From the IMG/VR virus record IMGVR_UViG_3300042451_000960: a stretch of 64,000 bases of DNA. The stretch is one strand, 5' to 3'. This DNA comes from a virus (lineage: Duplodnaviria; Caudoviricetes). Below the pieces are notes generated by a model. The model was not told the DNA's origin. It saw nothing but the letters and a program-made list of their open reading frames with translations, and searched no databases. Position numbers and translations under genes: made by a program. Of this stretch, positions 62,690 to 64,000 are shown one piece after another; the first letter of the stretch is position 1, and each line of letters begins with the position of its first letter.

Positions 62690-63685
62690 TTAATTTGATA
62701 AAGGTGCTTTAATTGTTGGGTGGTATTGATAATTTTCTAAAACAAAATCATCAGGAGTTGCACAACAAATACCATCAATTTTTACATCAGTTTTAAGTTT
62801 TGGTAAATTAAAGGATGTTCTACCTATTTGTTCTTTTGCTTGTTCAATGTGATTAGAATACAAATGAGTATCACCTAAATTACCAATCAATTCATCAGGT
62901 ATCATATTCACTTCATTTGCCAATATATGTAAAAGTAATCCATATGAAGCAATGTTGAATGGTAATCCTAAAAATGTATCCACACTTCTCTGATTCCACA
63001 TTAGAGAGATTGCTCTTGTTGGAGTTGGTTCATAATATGAATTATCAAAATCAGGAACGTTACCTTCATAATATTCCATTCCAGTTTCGTAATTATTATT
63101 AAACCATATTTTATATCTTTCCGAATATGTCAATTCTCTTGTCCAAACTTGAAAACCATAATGACACGGTGGTAATACCATTTTATCCAACTGTCCTACA
63201 TTCCAAGCACTTACCATTAATCTTCTACTATCAGGATTCTCTTTTAAGTTTCTAACCAAATCAGCTATTTGGTCTATACCATTATGTTTAATATATGAAG
63301 GTTTTAGATAACCATTCTCATCTTTTTCACCTGTGAATTTAACTTCTTTCCAACCACCCCAATTTCTCCATTGATGACCATAAATAGGTCCTAAATCACC
63401 ATCATCCCTTCCACTCTTTTCATAATCACCATCCCAAATATGATTGTTATGTTTATGTAAAAAAGCAATATTAGTTTGGCCTGTTAGAAACCATAATAGT
63501 TCACTAACGATTTGTTTCCACGCCATCTTCTTTGTAGTAAGAATTGGAAACCCTTCACTCATTTTATGTCTGATTTGATGTCCGAATTCAGATAATGTAC
63601 CTGTTCCGGTTCTATCTTTTTTTTCTACTCCAAATTCTATAATATCGCTGAGTAATTGTTGATATTTCCTATCTATATTATTCAT
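62690..63685 (-). CDS. thyA: Thymidylate synthase
   Basis: DRTGTGT, LTTKKM, ELLWF, LGPIYGHQWR, SRRLMVSAWN, LPPCHYGFQ, QRSVDTFLGLPFNIASY, GDTHLY. Confidence 0.98.
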   Translation of the reverse strand: MNNIDRKYQQLLSDIIEFGVEKKDRTGTGTLSEFGHQIRHKMSEGFPILTTKKMAWKQIVSELLWFLTGQTNIAFLHKHNNHIWDGDYEKSGRDDGDLGPIYGHQWRNWGGWKEVKFTGEKDENGYLKPSYIKHNGIDQIADLVRNLKENPDSRRLMVSAWNVGQLDKMVLPPCHYGFQVWTRELTYSERYKIWFNNNYETGMEYYEGNVPDFDNSYYEPTPTRAISLMWNQRSVDTFLGLPFNIASYGLLLHILANEVNMIPDELIGNLGDTHLYSNHIEQAKEQIGRTSFNLPKLKTDVKIDGICCATPDDFVLENYQYHPTIKAPLSN

Positions 63686-63686
63686 A

Positions 63687-63932
63687 TTAGTTTATTAAAT
63701 CATCTAATTTGATATTATGTTCTTCCAATATCAAATATATTCTGTCATATACCAAATCTAAAACTTCGTATTTATCTAGCTCTTTACCATCCAAACTCCA
63801 CTCAATACTTTTCTTTGTGTTATGTGTTATATCCCAAAGTGCTAAAGCTAAATCTAATGCTTTAGTTGCTCTCTTATGTGCCATTATATCATCTGGTTCA
63901 TTTAGGTCGAACTCTAGTATTCCTTTTGCCAT
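63687..63932 (-). CDS. Hypothetical protein
   Basis: 81-aa ORF immediately upstream of thyA. Confidence 0.7.
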   Translation of the reverse strand: MAKGILEFDLNEPDDIMAHKRATKALDLALALWDITHNTKKSIEWSLDGKELDKYEVLDLVYDRIYLILEEHNIKLDDLIN

Positions 63933-64000
63933 CTTCTTTTGTTTTGAAAAATATAAATAATTTGGATTCTAAATTATCCATTTGAGTCATTGCTATCCAT
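63898..64000 (-). CDS. Possible 3' end of a gene entering from beyond the window
   Basis: Open frame ...WIAMTQMDNLESKLFIFFKTKEDGKRNTRVRPK* ends at 63898; only 33 codons visible. Confidence 0.35.
   Translation of the reverse strand, partial: WIAMTQMDNLESKLFIFFKTKEDGKRNTRVRPK

Noticed and set aside
62690-63685. Possible group I intron or intein in thyA (T4 td has an intron)
   Set aside because: The ORF is continuous; the two insertions are only ~20-40 aa, with no splicing or endonuclease motifs.
430-63960. Numerous plus-strand and nested minus-strand ORFs in the track (e.g. 1452..1745, 3243..3659, 43950..44300, 44003..44350, 49750..50118, 50130..50516, 61672..62091)
   Set aside because: They lie wholly within or antisense to well-supported genes, have biased composition mirroring the real frame, and show no motifs or promoters.
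63951-63960. TATTTATA-like motif upstream of 63687..63932
   Set aside because: It falls in an open frame entering from the window edge within an early-type gene cluster; it cannot be distinguished from chance in AT-rich DNA.
1-64000. Alternative genetic code (stop-codon reassignment), as seen in some large phages
   Set aside because: Long genes, including 2704 aa and 1678 aa, are intact in code 11 and tile with gaps of only a few nt; there is no fragmentation pattern.
1-64000. tRNA, rRNA, CRISPR arrays, integrase or transposase
   Set aside because: Intergenic gaps are almost all under 120 nt and show only promoters and terminators; no cloverleaf or repeat-spacer pattern was recognised by eye (tRNAscan-SE not run).

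Overview
AT-rich, densely coding window of a large lytic T4-like myophage that very probably infects a Bacteroidota host. All well-supported genes but one lie on the minus strand and read intact in the standard genetic code. In transcription order (right to left) it contains: (1) nucleotide/host-takeover genes (thyA, a cupin, a degenerate peptide deformylase) and a phage sigma factor; (2) a ~16 kb block of secreted, outer-membrane and lipoprotein genes (two CsgG-like proteins, two cohesin/dockerin-like proteins with one carrying a C-type lectin domain, T9SS-CTD-like lipoproteins, a DUF2589-like pair, a TonB-dependent receptor plus beta-helix lipoprotein, two predicted beta-barrels); (3) small proteins sharing an N-terminal MI[KR]LxxxxE leader; (4) baseplate genes (gp5-, gp25- and gp6-like, CHAP and GH19 hydrolases); (5) primase and a fused Mre11-Rad50 (SbcD-SbcC); (6) a 2704-aa tail fibre with an S74 chaperone; (7) a glycosylation operon including an Aah/TibC-type O-heptosyltransferase; (8) a multi-module nucleotidyltransferase and the terminase large subunit. 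Two promoter classes can be read directly: host-type Bacteroidota TTTG-N20-TATATTTG (3 sites) and a phage-specific ATANTTAT motif (about 19 sites), often coupled to terminators. The best candidates for undescribed systems are a phage-programmed cell-surface assembly locus, and virion O-glycosylation with a candidate [ST]-G-S target motif. Family assignments come from recognising motifs by eye; no database search was run. No tRNA, rRNA, CRISPR array or transposase was seen.
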